This document shows positions 1 through 8,850 of a stretch of 64,000 bases of DNA, in pieces. Each line of letters opens with the position of its first letter. Position 1 is the stretch's first letter. The stretch is from an uncultured delta proteobacterium (lineage in GTDB: Bacteria > Desulfobacterota > Binatia > UBA9968): positions 224,001 through 288,000 of the forward strand of contig CAVXEP010000022.1 in NCBI GenBank assembly GCA_963760795.1, written 5' to 3'. Under the pieces are notes generated by a model, which was not told where the DNA came from, did no database searches, and saw nothing but the letters and a program-made list of their open reading frames with translations. Made by a program: the position numbers and the translations under genes.

Positions 1-1
1 G

Positions 2-688
2 CAGCGTATCTGGATTAGACTTGATGTAGGAGCGAGTGGTGACGATGGAACCGCTCGTGTAAGGCACTCCCATATCACCCAAGTTAGCCAGCGTGCGAAA
101 ACCGGCCTCCGCCAGATTCAGATGGAGAGGCGGATTGACCAGCCCTGCGTCTACCGCCTTGCTGACCATCGCGGCCGCGGTCTCGGCGCCGCCACCGGTT
201 TGTATCAGCGCCACGTCTTTTGACGAGTCCAATTTCCAGCGGTCTAACAAATAGCGTGTCAGCGCATCGGTCTGTCCACCGAAGCGGCTAATGGCGATTT
301 TCTTGCCCTTGAGATCCGCGAAAGTTCTAATCGCCGGCGCCGCCATCATACGAAACGTCGCCACGTTCACCGTGGAGGCGATCACGACCAGCTCCGCGCC
401 CGCGAGATTGGCCTCGACGGCGCCCGGCGACGATGCGTGCGCGACTCTGATCTCGCCGGCGAGCATCGCCTGGATCACCCGCGACCCGCCGCCGATGCGA
501 ATGATCTCGACGTCCAGCCCGTTTTTCTCGAAGACCCTGGCTTCCTTTGCGATGAAAGGAACGGCCTGTGATCCGTTGGCCTCCAAATGAACGAAACGGA
601 ACTTGGTAAGTTTGTCCTGGCCGCTGGCTAGATTGCTGACCGTAAACATTAAGCCAATGACCACGAAACCAAGCATCCTCGCAGACAT
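2..688 (-). CDS. SsuA/NMT1-family ABC substrate-binding protein (runs off the left window edge)
   Basis: Hand translation from ATG at 688 (GGAG upstream): MSARMLGFVVIGLMF... signal peptide, then FEKNGLDVEIIRIGGGSRVIQAMLAGE and DLKGKKIAISRFGG, typical NMT1/SsuA motifs. Confidence 0.85.
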   Translation of the reverse strand, partial: MSARMLGFVVIGLMFTVSNLASGQDKLTKFRFVHLEANGSQAVPFIAKEARVFEKNGLDVEIIRIGGGSRVIQAMLAGEIRVAHASSPGAVEANLAGAELVVIASTVNVATFRMMAAPAIRTFADLKGKKIAISRFGGQTDALTRYLLDRWKLDSSKDVALIQTGGGAETAAAMVSKAVDAGLVNPPLHLNLAEAGFRTLANLGDMGVPYTSGSIVTTRSYIKSNPDTL

Positions 689-707
689 TCCAAACTCCCC
701 CCACCGA

Positions 708-1913
708 TCATTTGTATAATTCGCTCGATCGCCGCTCATCGATCCACGACCTCTCGTCGACGATCGCGAGTGCATCCAAATCCGCCGCCACCGCACCGGG
801 GTCGTCCACCCACTGCCGTAGCAACTCACCGCCATTGATCAGATCGATGGCTAGCCGGTTCTTTTCATATTCATACTCAAAGTCACGCCAAAGATCATAT
901 TCCGGCTGCAACAAGCGCAGCGCCTTGAACGCCAGCGCCATCAACCGCCACGGCTTGAAAGCATTATGGTCGTAGCTCGGATCGTCGACGTGAATCTGGA
1001 TGCCGGCGCAGAGTTTACCGGCGTGTTTGTGGAAGGTCGGCTCGAACCAGCACTCGCGCAGGCGGCAACCGAGCAGCCAGTCGGGGGCGAATGCCTCCAT
1101 CTTTTTCAACAACGCGCGCGGCTCGATATCCGGCGCGCCGAAAAGTTCCAGTGGTCGCGTCGTGCCGCGCCCTTCCGACAGCGTCGTGCCTTCGAGCATG
1201 ACCGTGCCGGCGTAGCAGCGCGCCATCGATAAATTAGCTGCGTTGGGACTGGGATTGACCCAACTTCTTTTCCCCAGCGGCCAACCGTAACCTGGAGCTG
1301 CCGCCGGATTCCAGCCTGCCATCTTTACGACTTGATAATCGACATCGAGCTTTAGCGTGCTGATAAACCATCCGCCTAATTCACCGAGCGTCAGCCCATG
1401 GCGCATGGGCAATGGACCCGCGCCGACAAAACTCTCCCAACCAGGCCGAAGCCGCAATCCTTCCACCGGCCGTCCCACCGGATTGGGTCGGTCGAGAACC
1501 CAGACAGATTTATTGTGCTGCGCAGCGGCTTCGAGAGCATAGCGCAGCGTGGTGATGAAAGTATAAATGCGGCAACCCACATCCTGGAGATCCACCAGCA
1601 GCACATCGAAGCTAGCCATCATCGCCGCCGTCGGCCGGCGCACTCCGCCGTAGAGGCTGAAAACCGGAATGCCATGTACCGGATCGAGGAAATCCGCCGA
1701 CTCGACCATGTTGTCCTGCTTGTCGCCGCGCAGCCCATGCTGCGGCCCAAACGCCGCACTGAGCTTGATGTCCGGCAGCGCCGCCAACGCGTCAAGCGAA
1801 TGGACCAACTCGCGCGTCACCGACGCCGGATGCGCTAGCAACGCCACGCGCTTGCCTGCAAGCGGCTTGCGCAGCGCTGGTTCATGCAGCAGTCGGTCAA
1901 TGCCAAATTTCAT
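708..1913 (-). CDS. namZ: DUF1343 / exo-beta-N-acetylmuramidase NamZ-like protein
   Basis: Motifs FGPQHG, DLQDVGCRIYTF, LDRPNP, PMRHGLTLGEL, PSPN, SEGRGTTRP are characteristic of DUF1343/YbbC. Confidence 0.85.
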   Translation of the reverse strand: MKFGIDRLLHEPALRKPLAGKRVALLAHPASVTRELVHSLDALAALPDIKLSAAFGPQHGLRGDKQDNMVESADFLDPVHGIPVFSLYGGVRRPTAAMMASFDVLLVDLQDVGCRIYTFITTLRYALEAAAQHNKSVWVLDRPNPVGRPVEGLRLRPGWESFVGAGPLPMRHGLTLGELGGWFISTLKLDVDYQVVKMAGWNPAAAPGYGWPLGKRSWVNPSPNAANLSMARCYAGTVMLEGTTLSEGRGTTRPLELFGAPDIEPRALLKKMEAFAPDWLLGCRLRECWFEPTFHKHAGKLCAGIQIHVDDPSYDHNAFKPWRLMALAFKALRLLQPEYDLWRDFEYEYEKNRLAIDLINGGELLRQWVDDPGAVAADLDALAIVDERSWIDERRSSELYK

Positions 1914-1925
1914 TGTAAGTCTATT

Positions 1926-2507
1926 TTAAGCGCTCTGAATAGGAAGCGCGAGTTCTAGGGCGAAAGAATCGGCATGATGAAAGTCGGGTTTGCCCGCCGG
2001 ATGCCGCAACGCCCAATACGATAGCGTGCCATCGTTGCCTTCGATCACCGCGGTCAATCCGATCCGAAGCCTCGTTCCGGGGTGAATCAGGGCCAAGCGA
2101 TCTAATCGAATCGTTGTCGCAAGCGTCAGCCGATCGGCTATCTGCTCAACAGAAATATTAGGAGCGAACGCATCATTGTCGAGCGGCCAGCCGTCGCGAT
2201 ACGCTCGAAATTGATAAGCCGCCCATTCGCTCGACGGCGAGAAATTAAACTCGTAGTAGGCGGGACTGTCTTTGATACCGATAAACGCCTCAAAACAGGT
2301 GTGCTGCCACAGGCCATCGACGCGCTGTGATGTTGCGACGAGCGGGATGAGCAACTGATTAATGTCCGCTATCAAGGTATACGAGAAGGCCAGCGCACGG
2401 GATTCACTATTATCAACTCTCGCTTCAATCCCATGGATCAGTTGGCGTTGCGATGCCGGGCTCAAGATGAGCGCCGCGGCCGCTGAACTAAAGCGCGTCT
2501 CAGGCAT
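1926..2507 (-). CDS. DOMON-like domain protein
   Basis: LWQHTCFEAF, YYEFNFSPS.EWAAY.F..YR, SYWAL.HP.GKPDFH. Confidence 0.8.
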   Translation of the reverse strand: MPETRFSSAAAALILSPASQRQLIHGIEARVDNSESRALAFSYTLIADINQLLIPLVATSQRVDGLWQHTCFEAFIGIKDSPAYYEFNFSPSSEWAAYQFRAYRDGWPLDNDAFAPNISVEQIADRLTLATTIRLDRLALIHPGTRLRIGLTAVIEGNDGTLSYWALRHPAGKPDFHHADSFALELALPIQSA

Positions 2508-2594
2508 AAAAGACCGGCTGTAAAATCAGCCGCGCAAATAAATAAACTGAGATGGCCGCATCAGAACAACGAGACAGCGCCGTCAATGCAGAAT

Positions 2595-2909
2595 TTAAAT
2601 CGTCCGAATGTCCTGAGCGATGATCAAGACATCGATTTGCTTGAGCAGACGCTTGAGCCGTTCTTTGAACAGCCTGAAGAATTTTTGCGTCTTGCGGTCC
2701 GCGCGCGCGATAATTTCAATCTTGATAATATCTTCGATAAAATCGATGCCGCGATAGTTCCAAGCTCCTTGATACGGCGCGACTTGAGAGCTAATCGTTC
2801 GCGCGCCGAACACGTCGACCAATTCTTGGCGAATTTGCGTGATTTTTTGCGCTTCGATCTTGGAGCCATCGTTATACTTCAGTGGCAGATATATCTCGTA
2901 CTTTTTCAT
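2595..2909 (-). CDS. Small conserved hypothetical protein (possibly ferredoxin/PII-like fold)
   Basis: MKKYEIYLPLKYNDG...GAW...LKRLLKQIDV; start taken at the second Met. Confidence 0.6.
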   Translation of the reverse strand: MKKYEIYLPLKYNDGSKIEAQKITQIRQELVDVFGARTISSQVAPYQGAWNYRGIDFIEDIIKIEIIARADRKTQKFFRLFKERLKRLLKQIDVLIIAQDIRTI

Positions 2910-3007
2910 AGGGCAGATGACGCTTTCGCACAAGCGCTTAAGAAAACGATAAAGGCTCGGTATTTCGATGTCAAGAAAATGTTTTCGTCTGTTTTTCGTG
3001 CAGCACC

Positions 3008-3036
3008 TTGACAGTGTCCTTATCGGCCACTAGAAC
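3008..3036 (+). promoter_or_regulatory. Putative sigma70 promoter of the aldolase cluster
   Basis: TTGACA-17 bp-TAGAAC, 35 bp upstream of the ATG at 3072 (GAGGAG RBS). Confidence 0.55.
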
Positions 3037-3071
3037 CGATTCATAGATTTTTCAATTTATGAGGAGCGCTC

Positions 3072-3794
3072 ATGGCTGTCACGGACTACAAAGGACCAGC
3101 ATTCGATTCCAGCGAGCTGAAAGAACTCAAAGCGAAAGTCGTCAATGGGTGCCTGATTCTTGACCGCGAAGGCATCACCGATGGCTTTGGCCATGTCAGC
3201 GTGCGGATTCCGCAACAGGCGGCATTTCTCACCATCGCCCAGGTCAGCCCCGGCTGCGCGGCCCTCGACAAACTGGTTCTGCTTGACCTCGACGGCGACT
3301 ATCTCGGCGGCGCCAAACCGGCGCCCTACGAGTGGCCGATTCATGCGTGCATCATGAGCGCGCGCCCGGATGTCATGAGCGTGTGCCACACTCACTCCAA
3401 ATGGAGCGCGCTGTTTAGCGTGCTAAAAAAAGGGCTCCGCCCGGCGCATATGTACGGCCGATTTCTTCCGGTTGGCGGCGCGCCCATCTATCCCAAAGCC
3501 GGCCTGATCACTTCCGTCGAGCGAGGCCAGGCGCTGGCCGACACATTGAAAGACGGCGCAGCCACTTTGTTGCGCGCTCACGGCGACGCCGTCGTCGGCG
3601 CCAGCGTCGAGCAAGCGATCCTGCGCACGGTGCAGCTCGCGTTTCTGGGCGAGCTGTCGCACTTGGCGGCGGTCCACGGCGGGCCAGACTACTTGACCGA
3701 AGAGGAGCTGGCGACTTTCGCCGGCGACCGGTCGTTTCCGGCGCGCCCATGGGAATATTTCTTGACCCGTTTGGGCGATCGGCGCGTTGCTTGA
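3072..3794 (+). CDS. Class II aldolase/adducin-family protein (possible decarboxylase)
   Basis: GHVSVR, E.PIH, HTHS, LLRAHG metal-binding His motifs. Confidence 0.88.
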   Translation: MAVTDYKGPAFDSSELKELKAKVVNGCLILDREGITDGFGHVSVRIPQQAAFLTIAQVSPGCAALDKLVLLDLDGDYLGGAKPAPYEWPIHACIMSARPDVMSVCHTHSKWSALFSVLKKGLRPAHMYGRFLPVGGAPIYPKAGLITSVERGQALADTLKDGAATLLRAHGDAVVGASVEQAILRTVQLAFLGELSHLAAVHGGPDYLTEEELATFAGDRSFPARPWEYFLTRLGDRRVA

Positions 3795-3866
3795 CAGACA
3801 GATGACCGGCAACTATTGTCGCGACAATAAATTGATTCATCGCGCATTCAGTCTGAAGGAGCATGC

Positions 3867-4595
3867 ATGGCTGCCGGTCGCAAAGACATTCCCACCATCG
3901 ATTCTTCCGAGCTTAAGGAGCTCACCGACAAACTGATTACCGCCTGTCATATTCTCGACCATGAAGGCGTCACCGACGGCTACGGCCATGTCGGCGTACG
4001 CGTCCCCGGCGCGGAGGCGTTTATCACCATCGCCAATATCAGTCCTGGCGCGGTCACGCGCGACCGCTTGATCATGCAGGATTTTGCCGGCAACCATCTC
4101 GACGGCGCCACGACTCCGCCCAACGAATGGCCGATCCACGCCTGCATATTCAAAGCCCGGCCGGAAATTGTCAGCGTGGCGCATACCCATTCCAAATGGA
4201 GCACGATTTTCAGCGTGCTGCCGATCAAGCTCAAGCCGCTGCATCATTATGGCAAGTTTCTCTCCGCCGACGGCCCGCCGGTTTATCAAGGAGTCGGCCT
4301 AGTGCGCACCCTCGAACGGGGCGACGACTTGGCAGCCGCGTTGGGCAAAGGACCGGCGGTGTTGATGCGCGCCCACGGCGACGCCGTGGTCGGTGAAAGC
4401 ATCGAGCAGATGATCGAGCGCACCACCCGGCTGGCGATGTTGGGCGAGTGGAATCACTTGGCCCTGCTGCACGGCCAACCGAGATATCTCAGCGCTGAAG
4501 AGCTGGAAGTGTACAACGCCGACCAACGTTTTCCCTTGCGCGGCTGGGAATATTTCGTCGGCCGGCTGAGCCGAAACAAACGTGAGTTGGAGTGA
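3867..4595 (+). CDS. Class II aldolase/adducin-family protein, tandem paralog
   Basis: GHVGVR, NEWPIHACI, HTHSKWS, LMRAHGDAVVG; colinear with 3072..3794. Confidence 0.88.
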   Translation: MAAGRKDIPTIDSSELKELTDKLITACHILDHEGVTDGYGHVGVRVPGAEAFITIANISPGAVTRDRLIMQDFAGNHLDGATTPPNEWPIHACIFKARPEIVSVAHTHSKWSTIFSVLPIKLKPLHHYGKFLSADGPPVYQGVGLVRTLERGDDLAAALGKGPAVLMRAHGDAVVGESIEQMIERTTRLAMLGEWNHLALLHGQPRYLSAEELEVYNADQRFPLRGWEYFVGRLSRNKRELE

Positions 4596-4666
4596 TGGAA
4601 TGTTGGAGTGTTGGAGTACTGGGCCTCCCCTCACCCATGACTCCAGCACTCCATCACTCCAATGAC
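4588..4666. repeat. 8-nt periodic inverted repeat (TGGAGTRW-like ... ACTCCA)
   Basis: tggagtga tggaatgt tggagtgt tggagtac ... actccagc actccatc actccaat; can form a hairpin. Confidence 0.75.
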
Positions 4667-4699
4667 CCATAAACTTAACCGCTGAGGAGGACTTTCATC

Positions 4700-5386
4700 A
4701 TGGCCACATCCGCAGAATTTGTCGCAAAACTAAAAAAAGATATCCAGGCGTTTCCCAAGATTCGCATCAAGCATCCGTTCTTGAAAGCGGTCTGCGACGG
4801 CAGCGCCACTATGGAGCAAATTCGCGCCTGGGCGATTCAGGACTATCAATTTCGCGCCGCCGTGCCGCGCATCTGTATGCTGCGCTACCTCGCCTGCACC
4901 GATCCGGAGATCGCGCAAAAGCTCTGGGGCGTGGTCGAGGAAGAGATCCACGGCATGGACACCGGCAGTGCAGGTCACAATGAACTGGCGATCCGCTTCG
5001 CTAACGCCATCGGTCTCACGCAGCAGCAGCTGGAAAATGCCGTACTGCGCCCGTCCACCGCGGCGCATCTTTATTACGTCGAGCTGATCATTCACACACT
5101 GCCCTGGTTCGTCGTCATGTCGATCCAGATCGGCGCGGAAGGGACCTTCGGTCCGGCGGCGGCGGCGATCGGCAACGGCCTGCTGAAAAACTACAAGATG
5201 AATCCCGATGACGTTCGTTTCTTTACCGTCCATTCAGAAGCCGACGAAGATCACAGCAGCCTGGCCGAAGAGATCGCCGTGCGTTATCTCCACTCGCCCG
5301 CGCTCCAGGAGCAAACTTACAAAGCGACGTTTCGCCGCATGGAGCTGCTCTACGACATCTGGTCCATCGACGGCTACGATAAATAA
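4700..5386 (+). CDS. TenA/PqqC/CADD-like heme-oxygenase-like diiron oxidase
   Basis: KHPFL N-terminus; EEE...GH, GAEG and FF.VHSEADEDH (HxxxDxxH) ligand pattern as in CADD. Confidence 0.8.
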   Translation: MATSAEFVAKLKKDIQAFPKIRIKHPFLKAVCDGSATMEQIRAWAIQDYQFRAAVPRICMLRYLACTDPEIAQKLWGVVEEEIHGMDTGSAGHNELAIRFANAIGLTQQQLENAVLRPSTAAHLYYVELIIHTLPWFVVMSIQIGAEGTFGPAAAAIGNGLLKNYKMNPDDVRFFTVHSEADEDHSSLAEEIAVRYLHSPALQEQTYKATFRRMELLYDIWSIDGYDK

Positions 5387-5453
5387 GCAAAAACCGGCGT
5401 GGCAATACCGAAACGGAGAAGAATTTTCACCACAAAGGGCACAAGGGTACAAA

Positions 5454-5561
5454 GTAGGGGCCGGTCGTGACCGGCCCAGCTCGGAATCGGATCATTAACC
5501 GCAGAGAACGCAAAGGGCGCAAAGTTCGGACATCTTTGTAGGGGCGTATGGCATACGCCCT
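5454..5561 (+). repeat. Two GTAG REP-like palindromes interleaved with 9-nt periodic repeats
   Basis: gtaggggccggtcgtgaccggccc (5454) and gtaggggcgtatggcatacgccct (5538); also cacaaagggcacaaggg and cgcagagaacgcaaagggcgcaaag. Confidence 0.7.
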
Positions 5562-5631
5562 GCGGTGGCGGCATGGCGCTTGCCCGGCAACAAAAATTAC
5601 CCAGCCGACGTAGATTCTAAAAATAATTAAA

Positions 5632-6642
5632 ATGGAACAACTCACCTTAGGATTCATTTCCGCCTTTAACGAACGGGTCGAACCGCTGATGAACGGCACG
5701 ATCGAAGTTGAGGGAGTCGAATTGATTCCCACTTACTCTCATCCGGCCGAGACATTTTGGCGCCAGCTCAAGTTCGGCGAATTCGAAGTGGCGGAGATGT
5801 CGATGTCGTCATTTCTGATCGCCCGCTCACAGGGCGCCGACATGATCGCGCTGCCGGCTTTTCCGAGCCGCCGCTTGTTTCAAACCGAGCTGTCCTACCA
5901 TGTCGATTCCGGCATCGCAAAACCGCAAGACCTCGTGGGCAAACGTTTGGGCGTGGCGGAATATCAGCAAACCGCGGCGTTGTGGTTGCGCGGCATTCTC
6001 GAACACGACTTCGGCGTGTCGCAGTACCAGATTCACTGGTACATGGAGCGGAGCGAGGAGATGAGCCACGGTGGCGCCACCGGTTTCAAACCGCCGCCGG
6101 GAATATCGTTTCAGCGCATCGCCGGCAACAAGAGCCTGGCCTCGACAATTCTCGCCAACGAACTGGACGTCGCCCATGTCTCGAGCCCCTGGGTGCTGCA
6201 AGCCAACACGCTGGACCGCTCGAGCCGCATCACCGGCAAGGGCGATTGGAGCCAAATCAAACCGCTCTTTCCCGACCGCATGGCGGAAGGCGCGCGCTTC
6301 TACCGGCAGCATGGGTTTCTACCGGTCAATCACGCCTACATCATCCGCGGCGACATTCACCGCAAACATCCCTGGCTCGCCGGCAAATTATATGACGGCT
6401 TCGTCCGCGCCAAAGCCTACGCCCAAGATAGACTAGCGGCACAGATTCCGACGGCGCTGATCTTCGGCCAGGAATATCTCGCCACCACCCGCGAGCTGAT
6501 CGGCGACGACCCGTTTCCTTTCGGTATCGCCGCCAATCGCGCCATGCTCGACACCATTACCAGCTACTCCCACGAACAAGGCTTGACGCCGCGCCAGATG
6601 AAAGTCGAAGAACTCTTCGCCGAGAGCACGCTCGACACGTAA
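5632..6642 (+). CDS. 4,5-dihydroxyphthalate decarboxylase-like protein (SBP fold, no signal peptide)
   Basis: ETFWRQL..GEFEVAEMSMSS, ALP.FPSR, DL.GKRLGV.EYQQTAALW.RGIL, DPFPFGI.ANR.ML, SHEQGL. Confidence 0.8.
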   Translation: MEQLTLGFISAFNERVEPLMNGTIEVEGVELIPTYSHPAETFWRQLKFGEFEVAEMSMSSFLIARSQGADMIALPAFPSRRLFQTELSYHVDSGIAKPQDLVGKRLGVAEYQQTAALWLRGILEHDFGVSQYQIHWYMERSEEMSHGGATGFKPPPGISFQRIAGNKSLASTILANELDVAHVSSPWVLQANTLDRSSRITGKGDWSQIKPLFPDRMAEGARFYRQHGFLPVNHAYIIRGDIHRKHPWLAGKLYDGFVRAKAYAQDRLAAQIPTALIFGQEYLATTRELIGDDPFPFGIAANRAMLDTITSYSHEQGLTPRQMKVEELFAESTLDT

Positions 6643-6678
6643 TTAAGCCCGAACGGTGTTTCAGCCGGGAGGGAAATC

Positions 6679-7707
6679 ATGAAACTGAAGAGCCGCGTCG
6701 CCGTCATCGCTGTCAGCGCCGCAATGTCAGCGGCGATTTTTGCCGTCGAGTTCGCCAGTTCGCAAGCGAACCCCGATCCGCGCTTGATCGAAGGAGCAAA
6801 AAAAGAAGGCGAAGTCATTTTCTACACCACCATGACCCTGGATCAAAGCAAGGAGGTCGTGGATCGCTTTCAGAAAAAATATCCGTTTATCAAGCCGACT
6901 CTGTTTCGCACCGGCGGCGGCCCGCTGCTCAATAAAATTCTCAACGAGGCGCGCGCCGGCCGTCACGCCTGGGATGTCGTCGCCGGCCGAGCCGAGATGT
7001 ATGTGCCGCTGATGGAGAGAAAACTATTGGCTTCCTATCGCTCGCCGGAAGCCAAGGCGATCGACGAAGATCTGGTCGACAAGGAAGGCTACTGGACGGC
7101 TTACTATGTCGTCACCTACGTCTTGGGATGGCATACCAAGCTGGTCAAGCGCGAAGATGTGCCGAAGACCTACGAGGCCCTGGTCGAGTCAAAATGGAAA
7201 GGCCAGCTGTCCTTCGATAACGAGGCGTACGGCATGCTGCAAGGGCTGATGCGCGCCTGGGGACGGGAAAAAGCCATCGCCTATTTTCGCCGCATCGCGG
7301 CCATCAATCCCGCCATGATGCGCGGCAACTCGGAAAGAGTCGCACTGGCGGCGGCGGGTGAGTATCCGCTAATCGTCGCCTACAATCAGACCTTGGAACG
7401 CATGGTTGCCAGACGCGCGCCCCTCGACTGGTTGCCCTTGGAGCCGGCGGTGGTCAGCGCCTTTCCGATCATGATCGCGGCCAAGGCGCCCAATCCCAAC
7501 GCCGCCCGGCTCTACTATGATTTCAGCCTGTCAAAAGAGGGACAAGAGATGATGCGCGGCATGCAGCGTATTCCGGTGCGCAAAGATGTCGAACCCCATC
7601 CGCCGCGGCTATTTCGCGGCTACAAACGCGTGGTGGAAAACCCCGAGGATTACAAAGACTTCGAAGGACTGGTAAAAACCTACAATGACATTTTCAAGCT
7701 TCGTTAA
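6679..7707 (+). CDS. Fe(III)/AfuA-like extracellular solute-binding protein
   Basis: Signal peptide; AKKEGEV.FYT, P.TYE.L...WKG, APNPNAARL..DF.LS.EGQ. Confidence 0.85.
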   Translation: MKLKSRVAVIAVSAAMSAAIFAVEFASSQANPDPRLIEGAKKEGEVIFYTTMTLDQSKEVVDRFQKKYPFIKPTLFRTGGGPLLNKILNEARAGRHAWDVVAGRAEMYVPLMERKLLASYRSPEAKAIDEDLVDKEGYWTAYYVVTYVLGWHTKLVKREDVPKTYEALVESKWKGQLSFDNEAYGMLQGLMRAWGREKAIAYFRRIAAINPAMMRGNSERVALAAAGEYPLIVAYNQTLERMVARRAPLDWLPLEPAVVSAFPIMIAAKAPNPNAARLYYDFSLSKEGQEMMRGMQRIPVRKDVEPHPPRLFRGYKRVVENPEDYKDFEGLVKTYNDIFKLR

Positions 7708-7741
7708 GCAAGTCCCGACGAAGTAACCAGCAGGAGAGGTA

Positions 7742-8756
7742 ATGGCGAAGTTACGGTTAAACTTTATTTCCGCATTCAACGAACGGGTCGAGCCGCTGAT
7801 GCAAGGCATCGTTCAAGCGGAAGCGATCGAGATCGTGCCGACCTATTCGCATCCATCGGAGACCTTCTTGCGCCAGCTGCGGGATATGGAGTTCCCAGTC
7901 GGCGAGATGTCGATGTCGTCCTATCTGATCGCCCGCGAGCGCGGCCTCGATATGATCGCGCTGCCGGTGTTTCCCAGCCGCCGGCTGTTTCACACCGAGC
8001 TTTCCTACCACACCGACTCCGGAATCAAGAAGCCCGAAGATATCATCGGCAAACGCATCGGCGTCAGCGAGTATCAGCAAACCGCGGCGCTCTGGCAGCG
8101 CGGCATCCTCGACCACGACTTCGGCGTGTCGCAGTACAAAGTCCACTGGTACATGGAGCGCACCGAGGCCATGAGCCATGGCGGCGTGACCGGCTTCACT
8201 CCGCCGGAAGGGAATTTCGTTCCAGCGGGTGCCGCCGGACAAGAGCCTCGCGTCGATGCTGGTGAATAAGGAATTGGACGTGGCGGCGATCAACAGTCCC
8301 TGGAAAAACGCGCCGAGCCAGCTCGGCCGCTCGCACCAGATCACCGGCGCAGACGGCGACTGGAGCAAAGTGAAGCTGCTCTTTCCCGACCGCGTTGCCG
8401 AAGGCAAACGGTTTTTCGATAAGTGGGGATTTCTCCCGGTGAACCATGCCTACACGATTCGCGGCGATATCTATCGAAAACACCCGTGGGTCGCTTTCAA
8501 CTTGTACAGCGCCTTTGTCAAAGCCAAGGAACACTTCAACGCCAAGTTGGTCGATAGCATTCCGTCCGGGCTTTTCTTCGGCAAAGAATATTTGACCAAG
8601 ACCCAAGAGATATTCGGCAACGATCCCTTCCCCTACGGGGTCAAAGCCAATCGAAAGTTGCTGGAAACGCTCATCGACTTCTCGCACGAACAAGGACTGA
8701 TAACGAAAAGGCCCAAGATCGAAGAGCTATTCGCCGCGAGCACGCTAGATTTGTGA
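7742..8756 (+). CDS. 4,5-dihydroxyphthalate decarboxylase-like protein, paralog 2 (frameshift near 8212)
   Basis: ORFs 7742..8269 and 8229..8756 join into a full-length homolog of 5632..6642. Confidence 0.8.
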
Positions 8757-8850
8757 CGCTTAAAGCGATGCGGTTGTCGAGGAATGGGCCGACAACTCGT
8801 CGGTCGAACGGTTCCAGCGCGAGCGAATCGTTGAAGGACTAAGTTAAAAC

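Noticed and set aside
4700-5386. Assigning pqqC or tenA
   Set aside because: No pqq or thiamine genes adjacent, and the metal-ligand pattern fits CADD-like HDOs better
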